Shown: positions 1 through 9,656 of the stretch, piece after piece | Numbering within the stretch: position 1 is the first letter of the stretch | Layout: each line of letters begins with the position of its first letter | Origin: a virus | Length of the DNA stretch: 64,000 nucleotides | IMG/VR virus record: IMGVR_UViG_3300027747_004417 | Strand: one strand, 5' to 3' | Notes under the pieces: model-generated | The model's database searches: none | Told to the model about the DNA's origin: nothing | Seen by the model: the letters and a program-made list of their open reading frames with translations, nothing else | Translations under genes and position numbers: made by a program

Positions 1-198
1 GGCTTCTCCTAGTGCATAAGCTACGTTGTTTCTCTCGATCAACGGCACACCGGCACTTTTCATCATATTGAATACGAATCTATTCTCTAGTGGTATTTCT
101 AAAAATGCATTTACTTCTCTTTTGTAGGAAAAGTTGTTATCCTCTCCCCTTGTGCAGCAAACCAAATTGTAGGTACCACAGTCAAAACCAATAGGCAT
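1..198 (-). CDS. Actin-like ATPase (MreB/ParM/MamK-like), N-terminal fragment; runs off the left edge
   Basis: Not in ORF track. ATG at 198 with GGAGG upstream; translates MPIGFDCGTYNLVCCTRGEDNNFSYKREVNAFLEIPLENRFVFNMMKSAGVPLIERNNVAYALGEA. DxGTxN phosphate-1 motif and YALGEA segment fit the actin/Hsp70 fold. Confidence 0.65.
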   Translation of the reverse strand, partial: MPIGFDCGTYNLVCCTRGEDNNFSYKREVNAFLEIPLENRFVFNMMKSAGVPLIERNNVAYALGEA

Positions 199-441
199 TT
201 AAACCTCCTTCTTTCCAAAGTTTATTTTAGGGGCTTCTTCAAAATCAGGAATGGCCCATTCAAATTTTTCTTTTGATTCCTGGGACTTAACTTTGACCTC
301 TTCGTTTAACTGAAGGGACCGTACGCCCGAAGGCAATCCTTCCGAATTGACGTTTATGTTAAGATCAATGGTCAAAGAGACCTGAATTTCGCCTTCTTTA
401 GTCACTACCTTAACGGACCCTGGTTTAATTAATGAAGCCAC
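199..441 (-). CDS. Hypothetical protein (80 aa)
   Basis: ORF with AGGGAG upstream, abuts the actin-like gene. Confidence 0.6.
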   Translation of the reverse strand: MASLIKPGSVKVVTKEGEIQVSLTIDLNINVNSEGLPSGVRSLQLNEEVKVKSQESKEKFEWAIPDFEEAPKINFGKKEV

Positions 442-507
442 TGTTCTCCCTTATTATTTTAATATAGTTAGTATCTAACCATACTTTTTTGCCAAGGAAA
501 ACGGACG

Positions 508-1077
508 TTAGCTTTTGGGGCTGTTTAATACAGAAAGTATTATTTGTACGGTGGAATTTGTTCCACTTTCATTGCTAAATTCTAATTTGCTTATGCTAAC
601 GTCTCCTAGATTAAATTGTTGTATGCTTCCTTGCTCTAGGTCGAATACGGCATTGCTTATATTGTTCATTCTAACTTTTACAGGTCCGCTCGAAGCAAAG
701 TTGTTTATTTGGACGAACCCAGCCGCACCTCCATTATCACCGTATATGTCAACAATGTTTTCCTCAAATGAGGATCCGTCTTCTACTGATAGTGTGTAAA
801 CCCTGGGGGAGTTGTTTTCTTCCTTAATTGTGCTGTAAACTGACCCGTCGTCCGATACCACCTCTATAAACGCATCCTGCTCAGACATTTGAGGGTAGGC
901 AAATTGCTTCCAGTAATTGCAGTCTGTAAACACATCGCCGTCTTTAAGTTGCCTTCTTATTCCTCTAGGCCCCTGAACATATATGGATCTTTGAATGGAA
1001 GGTTCTAGCTCGACTCCTCCAAACACATCTAGCCCGCCTCTATACGTGTTGTTTAATTTTACTCTAAATGTGCTCAT
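508..1077 (-). CDS. Hypothetical protein, possibly structural (189 aa)
   Basis: Clean ORF, beta-rich C-terminal half, TATATA 4 nt upstream of ATG. Confidence 0.7.
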   Translation of the reverse strand: MSTFRVKLNNTYRGGLDVFGGVELEPSIQRSIYVQGPRGIRRQLKDGDVFTDCNYWKQFAYPQMSEQDAFIEVVSDDGSVYSTIKEENNSPRVYTLSVEDGSSFEENIVDIYGDNGGAAGFVQINNFASSGPVKVRMNNISNAVFDLEQGSIQQFNLGDVSISKLEFSNESGTNSTVQIILSVLNSPKS

Positions 1078-1191
1078 GTCTTATATATTATGTTAATTGA
1101 CCAAATATTTTGTTTTTTAGTCAAATTTTACCTAATTGCATTCTATAATAAAATCATATATAGGATATAAGCACAACACTCAATTAAAATT

Positions 1192-1347
1192 ATGTCAGAT
1201 AATTCAAATCAAGCTTTGGTTGGCACGGATGCTATCAAGGCCTTTCTGGAGCAGTTTGATTCACTAGATGGTGAAATTAAAAGAATTGTTGTAGAAGAAC
1301 TTCTTTTGTGCCTGCTCGGTGGAGATAAAGATGCTGGCTCTAATTGA
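1192..1347 (+). CDS. Small hypothetical protein (51 aa)
   Basis: Manual translation MSDNSNQALVGTDAIKAFLEQFDSLDGEIKRIVVEELLLCLLGGDKDAGSN; fills the gap and overlaps the next ORF start. Confidence 0.4.
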   Translation: MSDNSNQALVGTDAIKAFLEQFDSLDGEIKRIVVEELLLCLLGGDKDAGSN

Positions 1348-1681
1348 CACTTACATATATCTTGCAAAAAGAGACAAAAAAGGCATCAAAATACTAACCA
1401 CCTTTATGTCTCAAAACCACATACCAGAAAGAATAAAGGACCTCTCAATTATACCTTTAGATCCCACGGTTTATCAAAAGGTATCACAGATGATTTATGA
1501 CGAGAGATTGAACTGGGAGCCTTGGATAGAGTCCGCAGCTACTTACGATGATTTAAAGGCTAAGTTAAAAAAGAGAGGATACACAGGTATCCCACTTAGC
1601 TCACAACCAGAGATCTATACAGAGAATATTGTTATCAACACTCTGGTCAATAAAAAAGTTATGATACAAAAACCTAGTTGA
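1319..1681 (+). CDS. Hypothetical protein (~116-120 aa)
   Basis: ORF track; ATG at 1331 is a likely alternative start. Confidence 0.65.
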   Translation: MEIKMLALIDTYIYLAKRDKKGIKILTTFMSQNHIPERIKDLSIIPLDPTVYQKVSQMIYDERLNWEPWIESAATYDDLKAKLKKRGYTGIPLSSQPEIYTENIVINTLVNKKVMIQKPS

Positions 1682-1955
1682 TGTTTATATAAGACTTGCT
1701 TACTTTAAAACTTCCTTTTTTAGTTTTTATAGTTAGCATATCTTGATCTTCTTCTAAAATTGTTCCACCATTTCTGTGGAATTCAATTATGGCTTTTTCG
1801 TTATCCAAAGCCTCACTAACGACCCGCAGCTTCTTGAAAGAAACTTTAGAAGTCACTGTAGCTCCTATTGTGCTTTCGAGCTTGGGCGGCGTGGAGTCTT
1901 GCATCCACTTTTTAAATTCATTTACATTAAATATACTAAATGGGTCTCGTTTCAT
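1674..1955 (-). CDS. Hypothetical protein (93 aa)
   Basis: Overlap-coupled to the 1952..2797 ORF. Confidence 0.65.
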   Translation of the reverse strand: MKRDPFSIFNVNEFKKWMQDSTPPKLESTIGATVTSKVSFKKLRVVSEALDNEKAIIEFHRNGGTILEEDQDMLTIKTKKGSFKVSKSYININ

Positions 1956-2797
1956 TTTTCAAAAAAATCTCGTATGTCCGACTGCTCTATATAAGCAGCA
2001 GATTTATAGATTAAACCATCAGAAAAACTTCCTGCTTTAACGTCTCTGTACTTGTCGCTTAGTAACCAAAAAAGGTTTGTGTCTATTGTTTCTTGTGCTC
2101 TCAACTGTTGAGGGTAAGTCCATAGACCATTTTCTAGGCGAACCGATCCTGGCCTTTCTTCTTGAAAAGATTCATCGCAAAACATCAAAAGCAGTTTTTC
2201 TACGCCAAATTTATAGGCCAAGCCTATAGATGCACATATTGGGTTCCTATAGTCATCTATAGACCAAATTGCTTCCTTTTGTCCCGAACCCTTGTAATAC
2301 TTTTCGCTAACTGGATTGTATTTCAACACTGTTCCATTGTAGTTCTTTAAAAAGTTATGATTAGCTCTACATGAAGCTATACAACGCGGCAGCATTTTTT
2401 TTCTAGGAAGGTCTGATAAGGAGTCCTCGTAAGGATTATTGGTTAAATAAAAGGACATGCTTCTTTCACACGACCATTTTTTTAGACTACCATTAACTCC
2501 AATTATTGTTGCATCAATGCCTTTAATATTTTCTATTATTTCTTGATGCTTTTCTTTAAATTTATATCCATCTGATATTATTATTACGTTCGGTAGATAA
2601 AAGTTTTCTGTATCTACCCATGAGTACCTTTTCATGTTGTTTTCAAATTCATTGTTTATGAATAAAAAATGGTCCTCATTATTTATTGTGTTGTTGATAT
2701 CTAACAACGGGACATTCTCAATGGTAAAGTTTCTTACCCACACACCACCGGGTGTCATTAAATATTGATTTCCGTTTGGATATTTTTTGATCTTCAT
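1952..2797 (-). CDS. Maf/MptE-like (DUF115-type) protein, putative glycosyltransferase
   Basis: VIIISDG, ATIIGVNGSL and ICASIGLAYKFGVEKLLLMFCDESF follow the Maf/DUF115 motif order. Confidence 0.5.
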   Translation of the reverse strand: MKIKKYPNGNQYLMTPGGVWVRNFTIENVPLLDINNTINNEDHFLFINNEFENNMKRYSWVDTENFYLPNVIIISDGYKFKEKHQEIIENIKGIDATIIGVNGSLKKWSCERSMSFYLTNNPYEDSLSDLPRKKMLPRCIASCRANHNFLKNYNGTVLKYNPVSEKYYKGSGQKEAIWSIDDYRNPICASIGLAYKFGVEKLLLMFCDESFQEERPGSVRLENGLWTYPQQLRAQETIDTNLFWLLSDKYRDVKAGSFSDGLIYKSAAYIEQSDIRDFFEK

Positions 2798-2804
2798 AAA
2801 GGGC

Positions 2805-5800
2805 CTATTTACCTGGGCATGGAACTATGGCAACGCATTGTGCATCACCATTTTCGCCTGTTATTCTTCCTATATCCAGATTAATTTTTACGTCTATAGG
2901 AGCTCCTTTATAAACTAGTTCGATTTCAGGCTTTTCTGGTAGAACTAATTTAATTTCTGACGGTGCACCGACTAATTCTATCGTAGATGGAATGCCAACA
3001 ACCTGAATTCGATCTGGTATAGAAGTTGCATCAATTTTTATGTCAGGGAATGATTCCGGTGCTATTATCGGTATAGAACTGGGAAGGTTTTTAAAGTCTA
3101 CCTCTATTGAGCTTGGTAGATTAGTTGCTATAAAATCTACGGATATAACGCTTGGTATATCTGCTACCATCCTTATTTCTGAAGGGAAGTCCTTAGGAGA
3201 TATAATGTTTATATCAGGTATCTCAGGGGCTACCACTTTTATCATAGCTGGAACATCGTGTACAACTCTTATATCCGGCACTTCTGGGAACTTGACTAAT
3301 ATCTGTGAGGGTATATTAAATTCTCCTACATTCACTTCTATCGCGTCTGGCCCCGAATCTTCTACGTTTTCAAGTGCCCTAAAAGGAGATCCCCCAGGTG
3401 GACAAACTATTGTTACCGTACACTCGCATTGAGGTGGGTTGCCCCATATTACTGGAATTCCTGGCGGTGTACCGAACGATACACTTATAGGATCAATTGT
3501 AATGCGTGTTGGGAAAGTTAGTGGGTCAACAGTAATGTGTGTTGGGAAAGTCAGCGGATCAACATTAATGCGTGTTGGGAAAGTCAGCGGATCAACATTA
3601 ATGTGTGTTGGGAAAGTCAGCGGATCAACATTAATGCGTGTTGAGAAAGTTAGTGGGTCAACAGTAATGTGTGTTGGGAAAGTTAGTGGGTCAACAGTAA
3701 TGTGTGTTGGGAAAGTCAGCGGATCAACTGATATGTGTGTTGGGAAAGTCAGCGGATCAACTGATATGTGTGTTGGGAAAGTCAGCGGATCAACTGATAT
3801 GTGTGTTGGGAAAGTTAGCGGATCAACTGATATGTGTATTGGGAAAGTCAGCGGATCAACTGATATGTGTGTTGGGAAAGTCAGCGGATCAACTGATATG
3901 TGTGTTGGGAAAGTTAGCGGATCAACTGATATGTGTATTGGGAAAGTCAGCGGATCAACATTAATGCGTGTTGGGAAAGTTAGTGGGTCAACAGTAATGT
4001 GTGTTGGGAAAGTCAGCGGATCAACATTAATGCGTGTTGGGAAAGTTAGTGGGTCAACAGTAATGTGTGTTGGGAAAGTCAGCGGATCAACTGATATGTG
4101 TGTTGGGAAAGTCAGCGGATCAACTGATATGTGTGTTGGGAAAGTTAGTGGGTCAACAGTAATGTGTGTTGGGAAAGTCAGCGGATCAACTGATATGTGT
4201 GTTGGGAAAGTTAGCGGATCAACTGATATGTGTATTGGGAAAGTTAGTGGATCAACTTTTATGTTGGGGAAAGTTAGTGGATCAACTTTTATGTTGGGGA
4301 AAGTTAGTGGATCAACTTTTATGTTGGGGAAAGTTAGTGGATCAACTTTTATGTTGGGGAAAGTTAGTGGGTCAACTTTTATGTTGGGGAAAGTTAGTGG
4401 ATCAACTTTTATGTTGGGGAAAGTTAGTGGATCAACAGTAATGTGTGTTGGGAAAGTTAGTGGGTCAACAGTAATGTTTGTTGGGAAAGTTAGTGGGTCA
4501 ACAGTAATGTTTGTTGGGAAAGTTAGTGGATCAACAGTAATGTTTGTTGGGAAAGTTAGTGGGTCAACAGTAATGTTTGTTGGGAAAGTTAGTGGGTCAA
4601 CAGTAATGTTTGTTGGGAAAGTTAGTGGGTCGATTGATATATGTGTTGGGAATGTTAGTGGATCGATTGTTATATGTGTTGGAAACGTCAACGGATCAAT
4701 TGTAATATGTGTTGGAAAAGTTAGTGGGTCAATTGTTATATGTGTTGGGAAAGTTAGTGGATCGATTGTTATGTTTAGTGGATCGATTGTTATATTGGTT
4801 GGAAAAGTCAACGGATCAACTGTGATGTGAGTTGGGAAAGTTAACGAATCTACATGTATGTTTGGTATTGGACCGAAAGTTATGCTTGGAATATTAGGTA
4901 TTGGCCCAAACTCTACCATTGTTGGAAAACAAATTTGAACGTCAACATAAACGTTTGGCACTGGGCCAAACTCAATTAACGGATTAATTAAAGGTATAGG
5001 CCCGAATTCAACGTATGAGTTTATTGTAGGGACCGGCCCGAATTCGACCAAAGTTCCAAAAGACGGCACTGGGCCGAATTCTATTATTGTGGGTATAGGA
5101 GGATCTACAACTATTATTGATGGTATCTCTATAGGTCCTATAGGTCCTATGTCTAAACAGGGGAAAACTATAGGAGGTATTACAGGCGGTTCCACCGTTG
5201 GTATAGTAGGAATGGCTAATGCTGGTATTTTAGGTATCTGAGGTATGCTTAATTCAAATGTAGTATTTGTACTTGAAGGAGCTGGGTCTTTAGGTGAGTC
5301 CCTAGAAACTGGAGTTAGTACCAACTGGCACTTATCATTACTCAGTGTTAGAACAGGGTCTATCGTAGAGTTTGTTGCGTAAACGTGAGTCCCAGCTGTA
5401 GAATTAGCGGTGGACTGTCCATCTCCAAAATCTAGTCTGTAGCTTGTAAAACTGCCTTGTATTGATATGCTATACTGGGCTGTTGTGCCCAAAGCGTCAG
5501 AGCTAACTATATAAAAGTCAAAAACCACGTCAGGACAGGTATAATCATCAAACAGGACAGGTATGCTTTCAAGATGCCTAATTCTCCAGTCTAGTGTTTC
5601 CTTGTCTTCATCAAAATTAACTCCTATAAATTTTTCTGCATTTATTATGGCATCAGCGATTTGATTGTGATGCTCGGCAATAACAAACCCTCTGATCTCC
5701 GTACCAACAGGATTGTCTTTGGTTTTTTTTCCCCCTAAGTTCCTGCAACAACGCTTAAATTTTCTTACTTTTCCTTCAAACACAAGCTGTATGTCATCTA

Positions 5801-6245
5801 AAGAATATCCTGATCCTCCATGCACTACATCTAAGCTGGCAATAGAATTATTTTGTACGATTGCTGTTATTTTTGCTCCGCTGCCTTTTGAGCTGACAAT
5901 TTTAACGGAAGGGTAGAAATACCCAGACCCACCATCAATTATTGGTATGCTGATTATTGTGCCATCCTGGTTTATTTCTACTCTTCCTATAGAAAGACCA
6001 GACCCTAAAGGATCTGTTTTCTCTACATCGTCATAATAAAAAAGTTCTCCATTTATACTTGCAAACCCATTATCAGCCCATATCTCTGGTCTTTCATCAT
6101 TTACGGGTTCTATTGATATTTCATTTGCCCAAGCTAGATTGTCTTCCGTTGTGACAGTCTCAGATGTGTTGTAGACTAGGAACAGAGTTTCATCGCTGTC
6201 ATACTTTTTTGGATACGCAGGTTTTGGGGGAAAAAAATTTACCAC
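2805..6245 (-). CDS. Virion structural/fibre protein with HHN module, GGSGY repeats, PKD-like domain and long DPLTFP repeat tract (1146 aa)
   Basis: EHHNQIADAIINAEK, two GGSGY motifs, LDFGDG..GTHVY PKD signature, ~40 tandem DPLTFP units; lies in the tail operon. Confidence 0.75.
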   Translation of the reverse strand: MVNFFPPKPAYPKKYDSDETLFLVYNTSETVTTEDNLAWANEISIEPVNDERPEIWADNGFASINGELFYYDDVEKTDPLGSGLSIGRVEINQDGTIISIPIIDGGSGYFYPSVKIVSSKGSGAKITAIVQNNSIASLDVVHGGSGYSLDDIQLVFEGKVRKFKRCCRNLGGKKTKDNPVGTEIRGFVIAEHHNQIADAIINAEKFIGVNFDEDKETLDWRIRHLESIPVLFDDYTCPDVVFDFYIVSSDALGTTAQYSISIQGSFTSYRLDFGDGQSTANSTAGTHVYATNSTIDPVLTLSNDKCQLVLTPVSRDSPKDPAPSSTNTTFELSIPQIPKIPALAIPTIPTVEPPVIPPIVFPCLDIGPIGPIEIPSIIVVDPPIPTIIEFGPVPSFGTLVEFGPVPTINSYVEFGPIPLINPLIEFGPVPNVYVDVQICFPTMVEFGPIPNIPSITFGPIPNIHVDSLTFPTHITVDPLTFPTNITIDPLNITIDPLTFPTHITIDPLTFPTHITIDPLTFPTHITIDPLTFPTHISIDPLTFPTNITVDPLTFPTNITVDPLTFPTNITVDPLTFPTNITVDPLTFPTNITVDPLTFPTHITVDPLTFPNIKVDPLTFPNIKVDPLTFPNIKVDPLTFPNIKVDPLTFPNIKVDPLTFPNIKVDPLTFPIHISVDPLTFPTHISVDPLTFPTHITVDPLTFPTHISVDPLTFPTHISVDPLTFPTHITVDPLTFPTRINVDPLTFPTHITVDPLTFPTRINVDPLTFPIHISVDPLTFPTHISVDPLTFPTHISVDPLTFPIHISVDPLTFPTHISVDPLTFPTHISVDPLTFPTHISVDPLTFPTHITVDPLTFPTHITVDPLTFSTRINVDPLTFPTHINVDPLTFPTRINVDPLTFPTHITVDPLTFPTRITIDPISVSFGTPPGIPVIWGNPPQCECTVTIVCPPGGSPFRALENVEDSGPDAIEVNVGEFNIPSQILVKFPEVPDIRVVHDVPAMIKVVAPEIPDINIISPKDFPSEIRMVADIPSVISVDFIATNLPSSIEVDFKNLPSSIPIIAPESFPDIKIDATSIPDRIQVVGIPSTIELVGAPSEIKLVLPEKPEIELVYKGAPIDVKINLDIGRITGENGDAQCVAIVPCPGK
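3484..4850 (-). repeat. Coding tandem repeat: ~40 units of 33 bp (DPLTFPTHITV-type) including six 30-bp units (DPLTFPNIKV)
   Basis: Repeated gggaaagt(c/t)ag(c/t)gg(a/g)tc on the plus strand; counted in the translation. Confidence 0.97.
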
Positions 6246-6258
6246 AATCTAGTCTTTC

Positions 6259-8577
6259 TTAAAAAATGTACATTTGCCATTGTGTGGCGTTTGCTCTATC
6301 TGGACCATTAACTATAGACTTGAACGTCATGTCCGCCTCATTGAACTTTATAAAACATTTATTGCTGTAGTCATAACTTAAAAACACCAACTTATCTCCA
6401 TCGGAAGCTGATATCAAAGTATTTGCTGGGTCGTCAAACCCTATTTTACTTGTATCTTGAAGACTCCTAAACAGAGATGAGGTTGTCCCTGGACCTCCTG
6501 AGACCCATGATCCTGTGTTTGGGCTATAAGCTACCACCGATCCACTGTTATTAAAGAAATAAACTCCTTGACTTAATGAAACCAAAGATCCCTCAACCTT
6601 AGACCCAGGCATGTCTGAAACTTTTCTTATGTCTACAAATGGCTCTGATGTATTTCCACTCGTCTTGTAGAATGAACTTATCCTATAAAATAAGCCACCC
6701 TCATTTCTTAAAAGGTATCCTGAATCTTCATACCAAGTTGATCTATAAACACTAAAATAACCCTTACTTAGATTGCTATAATCGAAATCTAGTGTGTTTG
6801 TAGTAAGTTCGTTGGCACCATTTTTATAGTTTGAGCTTTGCATTGTTGAATCACTTGAACTAAAATCTAATATGTCATATTTAGTCTTTTGTTGTGATGT
6901 TGCTGCGTTGCCATCTGAAACTGCGCCGAACAGGAAATAAATACTTTGGTTGTAACCGAAACTAGCCCAGTTCCAAGGCCTATTTATGTGTCCTTTTGAT
7001 GTGTAGGTGTCTTCAAACCCATTGAACTCTGAGAACATAATTTTTTCGTTGCTAATCGGATCCGACAGATCTCTACCGCTAGCCCAATAAACCAGAGCTG
7101 TGCCGCCACCACCTGATGGTGTCGTTGTTCTTTTAATTGCTCCGTTATTCTTTAAAAATTCATTCTTTGACTTGGATTCCATCGATGAAGAATCTAGAAA
7201 GCTTGAGTTTGCATCAGATGTTAAATTGCTTCCTTTGACTTTAAAAGTTTCACTTATTATTCCAAATTCATAAGAATAAGATGTTGGCCCATTTGTGTAC
7301 CAAAGCCAAAGATTGTAGTTTTCAATAATGTCAAAAGCATTTTTATAATTCGTTATTCTGTAAGCATTGAACTCTGTGTCTGTTCTTAGTATTAAGTCAA
7401 AATATCCACCGCTCCCAAACAAAGCCTTCGTGCTTTTAGAGTTGTTATGAATCAAGTCATCAGAAAAAGACCAAGTATAAGTGTCTACGGCGTCTATGCG
7501 TTTATTTGATCCGTCAACTACTTCTCCTGAGTAGGTTCTGTAAGACCCATCTTCGCTGGTATAAGAGCCAGGCACGACTCTTATATTTTCATCGTGTATT
7601 CTTACATCTATCAAGGTGTTTATTGGTGCTCTTATTTTGGGGGTGGCATTTGTATATGGTTTATCATCCCCTCCTGGGAGTGGATCGCCTGGGGTTAAAG
7701 ATTGTCCACTTCTTTCTACTATCTCCACAGTTGCTTCATCCGGAGCAGGAAACCGGACATTTATAAGCTTAGGAAATACAACTACGTCGCTAAGCTGGTA
7801 AGAACCAAAATCATTTAGCACTGTTAGAGAAACATCGTATATTCCTGGGGAGCTATATGTCTTCTGTACTTTGCAAAGCCCCGATGAAGGGCATACAACT
7901 TCTGCCAATATGTTGGATATATTGGAAGGAACTACCGAATCGTTTACTGTTATCAAACTTATGTTGGTTATCTCTGTGTTGTCTCCAAAGTTCCAAATGT
8001 GTTTAACGGAACTAGCAACACCGTCTGTACCTAAGAAAAAGCTTTGATCGGTGAACTCCACAGTGAGAGGAGCTAACCCTACAACCTTATCCACTTTAAA
8101 CCAGGCCTTTGGAGCCAAGACTAACCTTCTTAGATAGTTTATCCTTTCTTCCATTGTTCCTCTTAGAGGATATTTTCCCACTTCGCCTTTTCTCCCAGCA
8201 AATCTTTCTACTTCTATTAAGGCATCTTTTAAATTGTTGTGGTGCAATGAAACAACGTTTTGCGTTACGTTCGTTGCTCTTTTAGGTTTAGGATTGTCTA
8301 TGAAACCTGGAAGAAGTTCGAGTCCATCAAATGATGTTAATGTTCTAGAAGAATAGTAAAATGACAAAGCTCTTAACTCTGGCTCGCTGCATTGCTCTGT
8401 TAATGTTATTATTCCTGTTGAATCAAATGTTCTAATAACATTTTCATCTCCCACAATTGATATATAAGTGTCACCGGGGTTATAATCTTCCGCTAGAGAT
8501 ACACGCAAGCTATCTGATACATGAAACAGATTCTGATCTGTGTCTATTGACTGTGGGTAGTTTACTTTTGGTATCAT
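6259..8577 (-). CDS. PKD-domain virion structural protein (772 aa)
   Basis: HHNNLKDALIEVE module; PKD motif GLAPLTVEFTDQS..WNFGD..TYSSPGIYDVSLTV; beta-rich C-terminus. Confidence 0.75.
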   Translation of the reverse strand: MIPKVNYPQSIDTDQNLFHVSDSLRVSLAEDYNPGDTYISIVGDENVIRTFDSTGIITLTEQCSEPELRALSFYYSSRTLTSFDGLELLPGFIDNPKPKRATNVTQNVVSLHHNNLKDALIEVERFAGRKGEVGKYPLRGTMEERINYLRRLVLAPKAWFKVDKVVGLAPLTVEFTDQSFFLGTDGVASSVKHIWNFGDNTEITNISLITVNDSVVPSNISNILAEVVCPSSGLCKVQKTYSSPGIYDVSLTVLNDFGSYQLSDVVVFPKLINVRFPAPDEATVEIVERSGQSLTPGDPLPGGDDKPYTNATPKIRAPINTLIDVRIHDENIRVVPGSYTSEDGSYRTYSGEVVDGSNKRIDAVDTYTWSFSDDLIHNNSKSTKALFGSGGYFDLILRTDTEFNAYRITNYKNAFDIIENYNLWLWYTNGPTSYSYEFGIISETFKVKGSNLTSDANSSFLDSSSMESKSKNEFLKNNGAIKRTTTPSGGGGTALVYWASGRDLSDPISNEKIMFSEFNGFEDTYTSKGHINRPWNWASFGYNQSIYFLFGAVSDGNAATSQQKTKYDILDFSSSDSTMQSSNYKNGANELTTNTLDFDYSNLSKGYFSVYRSTWYEDSGYLLRNEGGLFYRISSFYKTSGNTSEPFVDIRKVSDMPGSKVEGSLVSLSQGVYFFNNSGSVVAYSPNTGSWVSGGPGTTSSLFRSLQDTSKIGFDDPANTLISASDGDKLVFLSYDYSNKCFIKFNEADMTFKSIVNGPDRANATQWQMYIF

Positions 8578-9656
8578 GAAATTTTAATTCCTAGTCCTTT
8601 AACATTATTTGGATTTATAAATGCTTTTTTTAGAGTCTGATTACTCAGAAGCACCAGCAGAGAAGGATTGTATTCTCCCTTGTTTTTGTAAACTATTCTT
8701 ATCGTGTGTTCGTTTGGATCTTCTTTAAATATTGTTTGTGTGGTTTCTGTTGTTCCATATTCTCTTGCGTCCCCATCTAATATCCACCATCTTTTGATTA
8801 TGTCCCCGTCTGTTTGATCAACAAACTCAAAAACTGTTCCTTGGCTTACTTCCGGGTTTGACTCCACCCAACCAGCCGCCTCATCAGAAGTTCCATATAA
8901 GGGAGAAACGTAAAAGAACGCCTGCTTTTCTTCTTTATCCACTGTTATGTAGTTGGACTTTGTGCAATACCCTTGTGCTCCTAAAGATGTTATAACGTTT
9001 AGCTGAACCGTGAATATGCCTTCGGTCGTATAAACGTGCGTAGGAGACCTTTCTATAGATGTTGATCCATCTCCAAAGTCCCAAAGAGATCTAACAATAG
9101 GTCCCGTGCTAAAATTTTGAAATCTTACTGTTAATGGAGGAGAACCTCTGACTATTGATGCTCTAAAAAGAGCTTTAGGTGAAAGAAACCTTGCTTCCTG
9201 CCTTTTTAGTATTTCATTTAAGGATCCACTCGATGGCGTCAAAACGGTCCCCAGATTTTTTTCTATATTTATAAGAGCATCCTTTACGGCGTTGTGATGT
9301 TCTGCAAACACAGCATTGCTGACGCTACTCCCCATCGGCCATACATTTTGTCTAGACCCTGCAAACCCTCTTATTAAATCTTTGAAAACTCCTGAAGATT
9401 TATTCCCATAATAGACCATTTCTGCACTACCTGGTTTCCCTGGTGGCGGCCCTACCCTAAGTATGCCTGTATCTGGGAAGCCACTATTGTCTTCAACTAT
9501 CACATACTTTCCGTTGTAACTTAGACTCTGTTTAAGAGTAGTCACAGAATTGTTAGATGCTACATAGAGCTGTTCTTTATCATCGAGCACCACAGGATAA
9601 AGAGACAGTTGTCCTGACTCATATCCTAGATCTTGTGACGATACTTTACTTGCCAT
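8574..9656 (-). CDS. PKD-domain virion structural protein (360 aa)
   Basis: AEHHNAVKDALINIE module; canonical PKD (GSPPLTVRF..WDFGDG..PTHVY..GIFTVQLNV) plus a second degenerate PKD. Confidence 0.8.
   Translation of the reverse strand: MASKVSSQDLGYESGQLSLYPVVLDDKEQLYVASNNSVTTLKQSLSYNGKYVIVEDNSGFPDTGILRVGPPPGKPGSAEMVYYGNKSSGVFKDLIRGFAGSRQNVWPMGSSVSNAVFAEHHNAVKDALINIEKNLGTVLTPSSGSLNEILKRQEARFLSPKALFRASIVRGSPPLTVRFQNFSTGPIVRSLWDFGDGSTSIERSPTHVYTTEGIFTVQLNVITSLGAQGYCTKSNYITVDKEEKQAFFYVSPLYGTSDEAAGWVESNPEVSQGTVFEFVDQTDGDIIKRWWILDGDAREYGTTETTQTIFKEDPNEHTIRIVYKNKGEYNPSLLVLLSNQTLKKAFINPNNVKGLGIKIS

Noticed and set aside
3040-4830. Long plus-strand ORFs (3040..3432, 3439..4830, 3704..3964, 4166..4441)
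   Set aside because: Antisense shadows of the repeat gene; the stop-free frames are a by-product of the repeat.
3484-4850. 33-bp repeat array as a CRISPR
   Set aside because: No unique spacers; units are contiguous, in frame and vary mainly at synonymous or conservative positions of a protein.
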